NCBI GenBank assembly: GCA_964653805.1 | Contig: CAZZFS010000003.1 | Coordinates: 7,495 to 71,494, forward strand | DNA: 64,000 bases | Origin: an uncultured Clostridiaceae bacterium | GTDB lineage: Bacteria > Bacillota > Clostridia > TANB77 > CAG-465 | Direction: 5' to 3' | Part shown: positions 1 to 9,568 of the stretch, in pieces | How positions within the stretch are numbered: position 1 is the stretch's first letter | How the letters are laid out: every line of letters starts with the position of its first letter | Translations under genes and position numbers: made by a program | The notes under the pieces: generated by a model | Seen by the model: the letters and a program-made list of their open reading frames with translations, nothing else | What the model was told of the DNA's origin: nothing | Database searches by the model: none

Positions 1-1
1 A

Positions 2-760
2 GAAGCGAAAATAGTAGGTGGAGATGAAGTAACAGACTTAGCTGTTATAAAAATAGAAAAAACAGGTTTAGCTAAAGCTGAATTTGGTAAATCAACAGAT
101 TTAAAAGTTGGTGAAATTGCAGTAGCTATAGGTAATCCATTAGGACAAAAATTAGCAAATAGCGTTACTGTTGGATATATATCTGCTTTAAATAGAAAAC
201 TTACAACATCAGGAAGATCATATAATTTGATACAAACAGATGCAGCAATAAATCCAGGTAATAGTGGAGGAGCATTAGTTAATTCAAAAGGACAAGTAAT
301 AGGTATAAATACAGTTAAAATAGGTTCAACAGAAGTAGAAGGACTTGGGTTTGCAATTCCAGTTGATGATGCATTACCAGTTATTCAAGAACTTATAGCA
401 AATGGAAAAATAGTGAGACCGTATATTGGTTTATCAGGAATAAATGTAGATGCTGCTGTAGCTAAGAAAAATGATATAGTAGAAGGTATTTATGTTGCAA
501 AAGTTACAAGTAATAGTCCAGCTTCAAAAGCCGGTTTACAAAAAGGTGATGTTATAGTTAAAGTTGATGGTAAAGAAACTAAAACTATGGATGCTTTAAA
601 TACATTAAAAAACAGTAAAAAAGTTGGTGATACTTTAACCCTTACAGTAAATAGAGCTGGTAAAGAAATTGAAATAAAAATTGTTTTAGAAGCTGATGAT
701 ACAAGTACAGCATCTAATTCTACTAGTAATAGTAATGGTTCACAAACTTTAGTACCATAA
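2..760 (+). CDS. htrA: HtrA/DegP-family serine protease with PDZ domain (5' end outside window)
   Basis: Frame open from position 2 (EAKIVGGDEVTDLAVIKIE); catalytic motif IQTDAAINPGNSGGAL; C-terminal PDZ (SPASKAGLQKGDVI). Confidence 0.93.
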   Translation, partial: EAKIVGGDEVTDLAVIKIEKTGLAKAEFGKSTDLKVGEIAVAIGNPLGQKLANSVTVGYISALNRKLTTSGRSYNLIQTDAAINPGNSGGALVNSKGQVIGINTVKIGSTEVEGLGFAIPVDDALPVIQELIANGKIVRPYIGLSGINVDAAVAKKNDIVEGIYVAKVTSNSPASKAGLQKGDVIVKVDGKETKTMDALNTLKNSKKVGDTLTLTVNRAGKEIEIKIVLEADDTSTASNSTSNSNGSQTLVP

Positions 761-777
761 TATAAATATTAAAATAG

Positions 778-814
778 AAAAACAAGCAAATTAATTTTAA
801 TTTGCTTGTTTTTT
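778..814. terminator. Bidirectional intrinsic terminator between convergent htrA and kinase genes
   Basis: AAAAACAAGCAAATTA / TAATTTGCTTGTTTTT inverted repeat with A and T tails. Confidence 0.85.
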
Positions 815-837
815 AATCTTTAAATTCTACAAATATT

Positions 838-2589
838 TTATTTTCCATATCGATAAATTTTGTTGTTTTGGGTAATGTTAAAACCACCATTGACAAATTC
901 TAGTTTTGATTCTTCAGTAATAATGTCTAAATCAAATTCTTTTACCCTATTTTCCATCCAATTGATACCGACAATTTTTTGTTTTGAAGGTGAGAAAATA
1001 GTATTGTTAGCAAAACAAATATTTGAAAGTGGACTAGCACTATATACAAATAAGTTGCTATCAAAAGCTATTTTATTATTTTGTATAACGATAGTTCTAA
1101 AGTCACCTTTATTAGTTTGATAAATGAATAACCAATTTTTAGTTATATCATCATATTTTAAGGCGTATTCTGTAATTTTATCGTTATACTCAAAAGGAAT
1201 ATGAGCAGAAGATATAGCAATTATACCTTTGTTTTGGTAAAGTAAAACTGCACAGTAAGAATCATCTTTTGCAAGTGCAAAAATAGTATTAGTATATACA
1301 GGAAGAAGAGTTTTAACAAGATTCCCTTTTTTTGTTATAGTTGCTTTGCATAAATGATAATTTTTATCAATGTAGTATAGTGAATTGTCAAACACTTCAT
1401 AAGGAGTTTTATATGCTCTTTTAAAAGAATTTGTAATGTTTTTAAAATCATCAAAATATACATTAATAGTATCATCAAATATTTCAATAACAGCAGAGCC
1501 ATTGTTTAAAAATTCAAGTTTGGATTGTACATTGAGTTTTTTCTTTGTACCTGTTTGAATGTTTACAATTTCACCGTTATTTGATAAATATTTTGTAAAA
1601 TCAATAATTAAATTTACATTATCATTTTCAAATAAGACAGACAAATTGAGAGCATTGTTAGTTGTTTTTGTTACTTTTGGTTTTACAAAAACTTTTGCAT
1701 TTGCGTTACAAACAGGACAATCGCTGTATTTACCATAGTAATAACCATCATGATCTTTGCAAAATTTTAAATTTTGTTTTAAATCCAAGAGTAAATTTGT
1801 TATATATACTCTTTTTCCATTTTCAAATGTTTCAAAAAACACATTTAAAAGTTCTGGTGAAATCCATTTCCAAGAAGGTATCATAGATGGTATTGTAATA
1901 TTATGATTACCAAGTACAGAGATTTTGTTTTTCATCCGCTCAACAGTATTCATAAATTCATCTTTTGGATAAACTCCACTAAATGGATGCATTCTTGTTA
2001 ATATTTTAAAAGCAAGTAAAGTAAATGCATATTTATCTGTTTCTTTAGTTTGGAGTATTGACGAATTTTTTGCATAAGCATTTGGATCAGTAAATAATTC
2101 TGTGTATGCATCTGGTAAAAACTTATTTGCAAAACCATAACTATCGATATCTATAAAAGAGGGTTCGGTCTTTGTTAATAAAATGTTTTGATCACTTATA
2201 TCTCCAATTACAAAACCAGTTTTATGGATATTTTCAAATATAGTGGAAGCTTTAATTAAAATATCTAAAATATCACTATTTGAAAGGTTCATGATTTTTA
2301 AATAGTTTTTTTTAGAAAGCATACCAAATACTTCTGGAGAAGGAACTTTTTTTGTAAGGTACCCTGAAAAAGTATTATTTACATAGACTTTGTCTTCAGG
2401 GAATATTAGATTGTTTGTTCTTGTTACTTTTAAAAAAGAATCAACCTTTTTTTCTTTTAATTTAAAGTCTACATTTGGTTTAAACTTTTTAAAAAGTAAA
2501 TCGGAGCTGTAATCATAAATAATTGCTTCGCCGCCTTCGGTTAAATAATCAAGATCTTTTAGATCAGAGTTGTCCAAAAAAACAGTCAT
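838..2589 (-). CDS. Ser/Thr protein kinase, TerY-P (YegI-like) type, with CPxC motif and long C-terminal domain
   Basis: EGGEAIIY Gly-loop, VIGDISDQNILL catalytic loop, FIDIDS, TDKYAF..HPF; YSDCPVC; adjacent to PP2C and vWA genes. Confidence 0.85.
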   Translation of the reverse strand: MTVFLDNSDLKDLDYLTEGGEAIIYDYSSDLLFKKFKPNVDFKLKEKKVDSFLKVTRTNNLIFPEDKVYVNNTFSGYLTKKVPSPEVFGMLSKKNYLKIMNLSNSDILDILIKASTIFENIHKTGFVIGDISDQNILLTKTEPSFIDIDSYGFANKFLPDAYTELFTDPNAYAKNSSILQTKETDKYAFTLLAFKILTRMHPFSGVYPKDEFMNTVERMKNKISVLGNHNITIPSMIPSWKWISPELLNVFFETFENGKRVYITNLLLDLKQNLKFCKDHDGYYYGKYSDCPVCNANAKVFVKPKVTKTTNNALNLSVLFENDNVNLIIDFTKYLSNNGEIVNIQTGTKKKLNVQSKLEFLNNGSAVIEIFDDTINVYFDDFKNITNSFKRAYKTPYEVFDNSLYYIDKNYHLCKATITKKGNLVKTLLPVYTNTIFALAKDDSYCAVLLYQNKGIIAISSAHIPFEYNDKITEYALKYDDITKNWLFIYQTNKGDFRTIVIQNNKIAFDSNLFVYSASPLSNICFANNTIFSPSKQKIVGINWMENRVKEFDLDIITEESKLEFVNGGFNITQNNKIYRYGK

Positions 2590-2628
2590 TTTAGTGCCTC
2601 CTAATGTGTATTTTTTAGATACAAAATT

Positions 2629-3315
2629 TCAAATACAAATTGTTATATCATCTTTGAATTTTGAATGATTACGGTTGATTAACATTTTTATTTTTTCAGT
2701 TTTTTTCTCAAGTATCAATTCTTCAAATTTATACTTTTCAGTAGCAGGTAATTCGTAAATATATCTTAATCCATCACTTGCCACACAAACATTCGAAAAC
2801 TTATCTTTTGGATATTCTATAGTTTCAAAACAAACACCATCTTTGTATATATCACGAGTATCATTATCAAGGTAATTATACAAAATGTATTTAGGATATT
2901 CTCCATTTTCAAAAGATACATATTCAATAGAGTTGTTTATGTTTTGAAGAATTAAATAACCATCTCCACATACCTTTACAACAAATTTATCTTCTAATTC
3001 AAACACACATACTATTGTGAAGAATAAATTGTTGAAAATAAACTGTGTATTTGAAGATATATTTATCAACATTTTCATTATATAATCAACTTGTTCTTCG
3101 AATTTTTCTAGGGATATTTCTTTAGAAAAATATTCGTTAAAAAGCTGAGTAAATAATTTAACACCAACTTCTGAAGATTCACCGCTACCACAACCATCCA
3201 AGACCATTTTTAATTTGGGATTTTTTTCGAATTCATCAATGATTAAAAAATAATCTTGATTGTTTTTGTTATACCATAAATGATCCATCCCAATTTTATT
3301 AATAACATTTTTCAT
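2629..3315 (-). CDS. PP2C-like protein phosphatase (YegK-like)
   Basis: H...NNQD, VLDGCGS, CGDG, VASDGL and C-terminal DDIT motifs. Confidence 0.85.
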   Translation of the reverse strand: MKNVINKIGMDHLWYNKNNQDYFLIIDEFEKNPKLKMVLDGCGSGESSEVGVKLFTQLFNEYFSKEISLEKFEEQVDYIMKMLINISSNTQFIFNNLFFTIVCVFELEDKFVVKVCGDGYLILQNINNSIEYVSFENGEYPKYILYNYLDNDTRDIYKDGVCFETIEYPKDKFSNVCVASDGLRYIYELPATEKYKFEELILEKKTEKIKMLINRNHSKFKDDITICI

Positions 3316-3373
3316 TTTAAGTAATCTCCTTTTATTTTTATATTAATGATATGTTTTAAAATGTTTTAGATAT

Positions 3374-3405
3374 AAAAAAAGGGTATGGAATTAGCCACAC
3401 CCTTT
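3374..3405 (-). terminator. Intra-operon intrinsic terminator between the vWA and PP2C genes
   Basis: Minus-strand RNA AAAGGGUGUGG-CUAAUU-CCAUACCC followed by U7. Confidence 0.7.
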
Positions 3406-3426
3406 AAACCTTTTTTACATTAGATG

Positions 3427-4122
3427 CTATACAAAAAATGCATCTTGAGAAATGTTGCCTGCACTTTTAGAAGCTGAAATACTACTTCTTGATAAGACAT
3501 TAAAAATTTTTCGCAGTTCGCTTTCAGTAGCATCGGTAGATAGGATGTTATTAAATCCTAAAGAATCTGCAATTCCTTTTGCTTCATCGCCGAATTCAAC
3601 AAAAACGGTTGTAATTTCTTTTTTATTCAAAAATGCAATTTGTTTTTTTGCTTCACTCAACAAATTCTTACTTTCGTTATCATATCCATCAGAGAATACA
3701 ATAAAGATTGCTCTTACGTTTACGCCGCCTTTTCTTAAGGTATCCATATAGCCAGTTTCATTTTCAGTAATCAAATGATTAGCTGACATTACAATAGCTT
3801 CATAAAGAGCGGTAGTTCCATTTGTTTTGTAGTCAACTGGCATATCTTTTACCAAAGTATAGCCGCCAAGTTCAACATCTGTTGCAAATTTTGTTATTGA
3901 AACAAGCATTTCATCTGTTTGTTTAGAATCAAGTAAAGCTTGTTTGTACAAATTCAAACATTTCCGAACAACATCTTCGTAGCGAAACATAGAAGATGAT
4001 TTGTCAAAGACAAATTGGAAAATCAATTGTCGCTCTGATTCAAGTTCATCAATACCAACATCATTTACGTTGAAATTATCATCCATTCCAAAAATTTCGT
4101 TTTTCATTGTTTTTTCCTCCAA
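3427..4122 (-). CDS. von Willebrand factor A domain protein (TerY/YegL-like)
   Basis: MIDAS motif FDKSSSM, GTTALYEAI, VFSDGYDNES. Confidence 0.85.
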   Translation of the reverse strand: MEEKTMKNEIFGMDDNFNVNDVGIDELESERQLIFQFVFDKSSSMFRYEDVVRKCLNLYKQALLDSKQTDEMLVSITKFATDVELGGYTLVKDMPVDYKTNGTTALYEAIVMSANHLITENETGYMDTLRKGGVNVRAIFIVFSDGYDNESKNLLSEAKKQIAFLNKKEITTVFVEFGDEAKGIADSLGFNNILSTDATESELRKIFNVLSRSSISASKSAGNISQDAFFV

Positions 4123-4172
4123 ATATTTAATTTGTAATAATGTGTTTAAATCTTTTTTTGTTTTTTGAACAA

Positions 4173-5099
4173 TTAAAGAAGTTCGGTTGTTTTTTTGATT
4201 TGAATACCATATTGCTTTTTAGAATTTTCAAAAAACAATTCTGTTTCATCTTCAAAGCCTGGAATAGAAGATGTACCATCTTCAAGAACTGTAATTTTTT
4301 TTGTTATTTCAAGTCGGTCTTCATAGTGTTCCAAGATTTGTTTTACAGATTCAAGAAGACAATGTGATTTAGCTTCACCAGCAATTAAGATTTCATCGAA
4401 TCTTTCAATTGCATTAAGAACAGCGATGTTTAAAAATGCGCCATTTCCAGGATCAAATTCAGCCTTGATGATACCGTACATTTCGGTAAGTGGTCGATCA
4501 CCTTTTCGAATGAATACAGGTTTTGTTTTTCTTGCACTGCTGTGGAAGTAAATCATGTTTGCTAATTGGCTTTCAATTTTTGCACCATTTGTTTGTTCTA
4601 AACAATGGTATGGCCAAATCATAAGCTTTTTTTTGTTTCCTTCTTCAAGTCCTTTTAAATATTTGATAGAATTAACAGGTGAAAAAACTGGAGTCCATGT
4701 ACCATTTTCAACATCCGCAGATGTTATAATAGTAGTGGGCGGCGGGTTATTACCATCTTTGTCAATCCACCAGCAAGGATGAAAGATTTGTGCTAAAGAG
4801 TGAGTATCAGTTGAACACATAATTTGTGTTATTGTATCCATTTTCTGATAAATGAATTTTGTAAGTCTTTCAATATCTCCTTTTGAACCAGGAACAGCAA
4901 GTGAACCAATACCTTCCATAAAATCGTTTTGTGGATCAATGATAAGTAACAAAGTCTTCTTTACATCAGCCGCCGCAGGTTTTAAATTTTCATTGTTTGC
5001 TAAAGCAACAATATCAATAATGTTCTTACCTTCTTCGGTAGTTGCAATTTTACCAACATCAACAATTTCTTCGAATCTTGTTTTAACATTTGTTTTCAT
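4173..5099 (-). CDS. Cysteine hydrolase, isochorismatase/nicotinamidase family
   Basis: LLIIDPQNDF, DTH, WPYHC, KG, AGEAKSHC catalytic motifs. Confidence 0.88.
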   Translation of the reverse strand: MKTNVKTRFEEIVDVGKIATTEEGKNIIDIVALANNENLKPAAADVKKTLLLIIDPQNDFMEGIGSLAVPGSKGDIERLTKFIYQKMDTITQIMCSTDTHSLAQIFHPCWWIDKDGNNPPPTTIITSADVENGTWTPVFSPVNSIKYLKGLEEGNKKKLMIWPYHCLEQTNGAKIESQLANMIYFHSSARKTKPVFIRKGDRPLTEMYGIIKAEFDPGNGAFLNIAVLNAIERFDEILIAGEAKSHCLLESVKQILEHYEDRLEITKKITVLEDGTSSIPGFEDETELFFENSKKQYGIQIKKTTELL

Positions 5100-5193
5100 T
5101 TTAGTTTCTCCTTTTAAATTATTACATACATTTATATGTATGCTAGTCCATTACTTTAAGTTTAAAAGTAATTTGAAGTTTGTTTGTAATTTC

Positions 5194-5238
5194 ATTATAC
5201 TCCTATATTTTGTTATTGTCAATATGTTAATAACAAAA
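5194..5238 (-). promoter_or_regulatory. Consensus sigma70 promoter with an overlapping palindromic operator
   Basis: Minus strand TTGACA (5222-5217), 17 bp, TATAAT (5199-5194); TTTTGTTATT-N11-AATAACAAAA inverted repeat at 5208-5238 covers the -35. Confidence 0.8.
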
Positions 5239-5538
5239 AGTTAATAACAAAACAAAAATAGTTGTTTTGTCGTTTGACAAAAGTAACGTCAAAGTATTGC
5301 TAATACTGAGATTTTTGTTTTGAGATTTTTTTGAAAAAATTTTAAGAAATTTTCAGTTTTTTAGTAAATTTGGATAAAAACAGGAAATATGTGTAAAAAA
5401 CAGGTTTTTAAATACGAAATAATTAATATCTATTGAGAAAAATATATTTTATGATATAATGAATTATATTTTTTAGTAAACCTATATAAAAAGAAAATAA
5501 ATACTAAAAAAATTATTATAATTAAGAGGAGTTTTTAT

Positions 5539-6150
5539 ATGAAAGATGAATTAAAAAAATTAGTTGGAGAAAACGAAAAAATCTTATATGAAGGGAAGCC
5601 AAATAAAAAATGCTTTATATTTGAAAGTATATTTAATCCTTTATTACCTTTTGCATTAATTTGGGCTATTATTGATTTTGGAATTATTGGAGTATCATTT
5701 TTTCAAAGCGATTCTAGTGAGATATTATTTTTTATGATACCATTTATGATTTTGCATTTAATGCCAGTTTGGATTTATTTGGGTGGGGCATTACTTACAT
5801 TTATAAGATATAAGAATACAGAATATATAGTTACAGATAATGCTATCTATGTATCAGGAGGCATTTTTAGTAAAACATTTAATACTAAACCTTTTGCAGA
5901 ATTATCTCATGTAAATTTACATAGAGGTATATTTGATCAAATTTTTAATGTTGGTGATATTATAACTACATCAAGTCAATTTTCAACAGATAATAGAACA
6001 GCTTCAGTATCTATTAATAGTATTTCAGATTATATTGAAGTATATAATATAGTGAAAAAATTACAAAAAGATATATACAGTGATGTAATGTATCCAAATG
6101 CTAAAAGACCTAGTGAAAATAATGGATATAATACTGAATATAAAGGATAA
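5539..6150 (+). CDS. Membrane protein with bacterial PH domain
   Basis: Two TM helices followed by YIVTDNAIYVSGG...GIFDQIFNVGDI, typical of bPH domains. Confidence 0.75.
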   Translation: MKDELKKLVGENEKILYEGKPNKKCFIFESIFNPLLPFALIWAIIDFGIIGVSFFQSDSSEILFFMIPFMILHLMPVWIYLGGALLTFIRYKNTEYIVTDNAIYVSGGIFSKTFNTKPFAELSHVNLHRGIFDQIFNVGDIITTSSQFSTDNRTASVSINSISDYIEVYNIVKKLQKDIYSDVMYPNAKRPSENNGYNTEYKG

Positions 6151-6293
6151 ATAATATGAAAAATAAAACTTAAAAGCGTAATTAACTTTTGAAGTTTTAT
6201 TTTTTTTGTATTAAATTTAATATTAAATGAAAAATAAAAAAAATATTGCATTTAATTTACATATATGGTATATTTTAAATGAGAGGTGAGAAA

Positions 6294-6950
6294 ATGAAAA
6301 GAAAATTTTTAATATCAATGATTATATCATTTTGTCTAAGTGCTTTAATAGGAATAGTAATATTTTTAATAGGTGATTTTGATGAATTACAACAAAGAAT
6401 ACTTGTAACTACATTAAATTTAGGATTTTTTAGTTTGTTAGGTATTTGTTGTTCTGCACTTTATGAAAAAAATAAAAATATAATTTCTATAGTTGGTTTA
6501 ATAGTTACAGTATTTAGTTTTTTGTATTCAACTTGTTTAATATGGGATGTATTTGAGAATATAAGATCTGTTATATATCAAGTAGAATATGATGAATATG
6601 CTTTGTATAATAATAATAACTATATATTAGATTATAAAATATTAGTATCTTTGATTATGACATCAATTGTTTTAGCACAAGCATCATTACTTTTATTAAT
6701 AAATAATACAAAGAAATTTGTAAATGTAATTGTAAAAACAACTATATTTATTGCATTTGTTGCAAGTTCAATAATAATGTTTTTAATATGGAGTGAAATG
6801 GATATAGATAATTATATATATAGATTATTAGGCGTTTTTTGTATATTAGATGTTTTAGGTACAATAGTTAGTCCAATATTAAATAAAGTATGCAAAGCAG
6901 AGATAAAAAAAGAACCTAAAGTTGAAATATCAGAAGAATTAAAAGTATAA
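6294..6950 (+). CDS. Multi-pass membrane protein, unknown function
   Basis: About six hydrophobic segments; GAGGTG RBS favours ATG 6294 over 6279. Confidence 0.75.
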   Translation: MKRKFLISMIISFCLSALIGIVIFLIGDFDELQQRILVTTLNLGFFSLLGICCSALYEKNKNIISIVGLIVTVFSFLYSTCLIWDVFENIRSVIYQVEYDEYALYNNNNYILDYKILVSLIMTSIVLAQASLLLLINNTKKFVNVIVKTTIFIAFVASSIIMFLIWSEMDIDNYIYRLLGVFCILDVLGTIVSPILNKVCKAEIKKEPKVEISEELKV

Positions 6951-7015
6951 ATATAAAAGAAATCACATGTTTTTATATATGTGATTTTTTTTAACTTATT
7001 TTTATATTTTTTTAC

Positions 7016-7079
7016 TTTTGTAAAATTTACTTTACAAAATACATATAATTTTAGTTTTTGTAAAATCGACTTTACAAAA
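7016..7079. promoter_or_regulatory. Two tandem palindromic boxes TTTTGTAAA-N6-TTTACAAAA upstream of the hydrogenase operon
   Basis: Copies at 7016-7039 and 7056-7079, 40 bp apart. Confidence 0.6.
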
Positions 7080-7209
7080 TGTTTATTTTGCATTTTTTTT
7101 AATTATCATTGAATTATATTTTTAAATATTATATAATTATGGTGATTAATAAAATAATTAATAAAAAACAAAAAATATAATAATATAAATAAAATTTAGG
7201 AGGTATAAT

Positions 7210-7701
7210 ATGAATCATTGTCAAGGTTGTAAAGCAGGTAAAGTTGATGAAAAATTAGTTGAAATAGCAGATAAATTTAAAAATGTAGAAGGTGGTATAA
7301 TAGGTGCTCTTCATGAAGTACAAGATCATTATGGATATATTCCAGTAGATGCACAAAAATATTTATCTAATGCTTTAGATGTACCTGTAGCAGATATTTA
7401 TGGAATAATAACTTTTTATTCTAGATTTACATTAGAGCCAAAAGGTAAATACAACATACAAGTTTGTATGGGTACAGCTTGTTATGTAAAAGGTTCTGAA
7501 GAAGTTATAAATGAATTTAAAAGTGAACTTGGAATTACTGAAGGTCAAACTACAGAAGATGGAGTATTTACGCTTGGTCAAGTTCGTTGTATCGGTGCTT
7601 GTGGTTTAGCTCCTGCTATCGTTATTAATGATGAAGTATATGGGAAAATGAATAAAGAAAAAGTAAAAGAACTTTTAGTTAAATATAGAGAAATGAAATA
7701 G
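7210..7701 (+). CDS. hydC: [FeFe] hydrogenase gamma subunit (NuoE-like, 2Fe-2S)
   Basis: TFYSRF, VCMGTACYVKG, RCIGACGLAP. Confidence 0.92.
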   Translation: MNHCQGCKAGKVDEKLVEIADKFKNVEGGIIGALHEVQDHYGYIPVDAQKYLSNALDVPVADIYGIITFYSRFTLEPKGKYNIQVCMGTACYVKGSEEVINEFKSELGITEGQTTEDGVFTLGQVRCIGACGLAPAIVINDEVYGKMNKEKVKELLVKYREMK

Positions 7702-7703
7702 AG

Positions 7704-9539
7704 GTGAGATATTTGAAATTATTAGAAAAATTAGAAAAAATCAGAGAAGAAAATAAAGATTTATTAAATCAAAAAAGAATTATGGTTTGCGCTGGTACTG
7801 GTTGTACTTCTTCTAAAAGTGATAAAATTATAGAAAATTTAGAAAAAGAATTAAAAGCTAATAAAATAAGAAACGTTATTGTTGAAAAAACAGGTTGTTT
7901 TGGTTTTTGTGCTAAAGGTCCTATTGTTGTTATTGAACCAGAAGAAATTTTTTATGAAATGGTATCTGTAGATGATGCAAAAGAAATAATTGAAAGCCAT
8001 GTTATAAATAACAAACCTGTAGAAAGATTATTACCTAAAGAAAATGATGAGTTTATTAAAAAATGGGATGAACTTAATTTCTATAAAAAACAAGAAAGAA
8101 TAGCTTTAAAAAATTGTGGTAGAATAAATCCAGAGAAGATTGAAGAATATATAGCGCTAGATGGATATAAAGCGATATATAAAGCACTTAATATGTCTAG
8201 TGATGAAATTATACAAGAAATGATTAATTCTGGTTTAAGAGGACGTGGTGGCGCTGGTTTTTTAACAGGTAAAAAGTGGTTGTTTACAAAAAACTCTAAA
8301 TCAGATATAAAATATGTATGTTGTAACGCTGATGAAGGAGATCCTGGGGCTTTTATGGATAGAAGTATTTTAGAAGGAGATCCTCATAGTGTAATTGAAG
8401 CAATGATGATTGCTGGATACGCTATTGGTGCTAAACAAGGATATATTTATGTTAGAGCTGAATATCCAATTGCAGTAAATAGATTAAATATAGCAATTGA
8501 ACAAGCAAGAAAAATTGGTTTACTTGGTAAAAAAATATTTGATAGTGATTTTTCTTTTGATATTGAACTTAGACTTGGAGCTGGAGCTTTTGTTTGTGGT
8601 GAAGAAACAGCACTTATGAATTCTATTGAAGGTAATAGAGGAGAACCAAAATCTAGACCACCATTTCCAGCAGTAAAAGGATTGTTTGGAAAACCTACTG
8701 TTTTAAATAACGTAGAAACATATGCAAATGTTTGTAAAATAATATTAAACGGAAGCAAATGGTTTAGTGAAATTGGATCTGAAACTTCAAAAGGTACAAA
8801 AGTATTTGCACTTGGTGGAAATATAACTAATGTTGGACTTGTAGAAGTACCAATGGGGATTACGCTTAGAGAAATAGTTTATGATATTGGTGGTGGAATT
8901 CCAAATGGTAAAAGATTTAAAGCAGCTCAAACAGGTGGACCAAGTGGTGGTTGTATACCAGAGCAAGAATTAGATATAAAAATAGATTATGAATCTCTTG
9001 CAAGTATAGGTTCTATGATGGGTTCAGGTGGACTTATCGTAATGGATGATTCAAAATGTATGGTGAATATTGCAAGATTTTTCTTAGAATTTACTGTTGA
9101 AGAATCTTGTGGAAAATGCCCACCTTGTAGAATAGGTACAAAAAGAATGCTTGAAATTTTAACAAGAATTACTGAAGGTAAAGGAAAAGATGGCGATATA
9201 GAAAAACTAGAAAGACTTGCTAATACAATAAAAAAAGGATCTTTTTGTGGACTTGGACAAACAGCACCAAATCCTGTACTTAGTACAATTAAATATTTTA
9301 AAGATGAATATATTGCTCATATTTATGATAAAAAATGTCCAACTGGAGAATGTAAAGCACTTACTCAAGTAGTAATTGATCCAGACAAATGTAAACAATG
9401 TGGAATATGTGCAAAAAGTTGTCCAGTAGGAGCAATAGATGGGGAAGTAAGACAAGGACCATTTAAAATAAATCAAGATAAATGTATAAAATGCTTGGTT
9501 TGTATATCAAAATGTCCTTTTAAAGCAATATCAAAATAA
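7704..9539 (+). CDS. hydB: [FeFe] hydrogenase beta subunit (NuoF-like, FMN/NADH, C-terminal 2x[4Fe-4S])
   Basis: SGLRGRGGAGF, NADEGDPGAFMDR, GAGAFVCGEETAL, ESCGKCPPCR, two C-terminal ferredoxin motifs. Confidence 0.94.
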   Translation: MRYLKLLEKLEKIREENKDLLNQKRIMVCAGTGCTSSKSDKIIENLEKELKANKIRNVIVEKTGCFGFCAKGPIVVIEPEEIFYEMVSVDDAKEIIESHVINNKPVERLLPKENDEFIKKWDELNFYKKQERIALKNCGRINPEKIEEYIALDGYKAIYKALNMSSDEIIQEMINSGLRGRGGAGFLTGKKWLFTKNSKSDIKYVCCNADEGDPGAFMDRSILEGDPHSVIEAMMIAGYAIGAKQGYIYVRAEYPIAVNRLNIAIEQARKIGLLGKKIFDSDFSFDIELRLGAGAFVCGEETALMNSIEGNRGEPKSRPPFPAVKGLFGKPTVLNNVETYANVCKIILNGSKWFSEIGSETSKGTKVFALGGNITNVGLVEVPMGITLREIVYDIGGGIPNGKRFKAAQTGGPSGGCIPEQELDIKIDYESLASIGSMMGSGGLIVMDDSKCMVNIARFFLEFTVEESCGKCPPCRIGTKRMLEILTRITEGKGKDGDIEKLERLANTIKKGSFCGLGQTAPNPVLSTIKYFKDEYIAHIYDKKCPTGECKALTQVVIDPDKCKQCGICAKSCPVGAIDGEVRQGPFKINQDKCIKCLVCISKCPFKAISK

Positions 9540-9568
9540 AAGTATTTAATTTAAAAAGGAGGTAAATA

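Noticed and set aside
7210-9539. Respiratory complex I nuoE/nuoF
   Set aside because: Directly followed by an H-cluster hydrogenase subunit with no other nuo genes, so they are hydrogenase subunits
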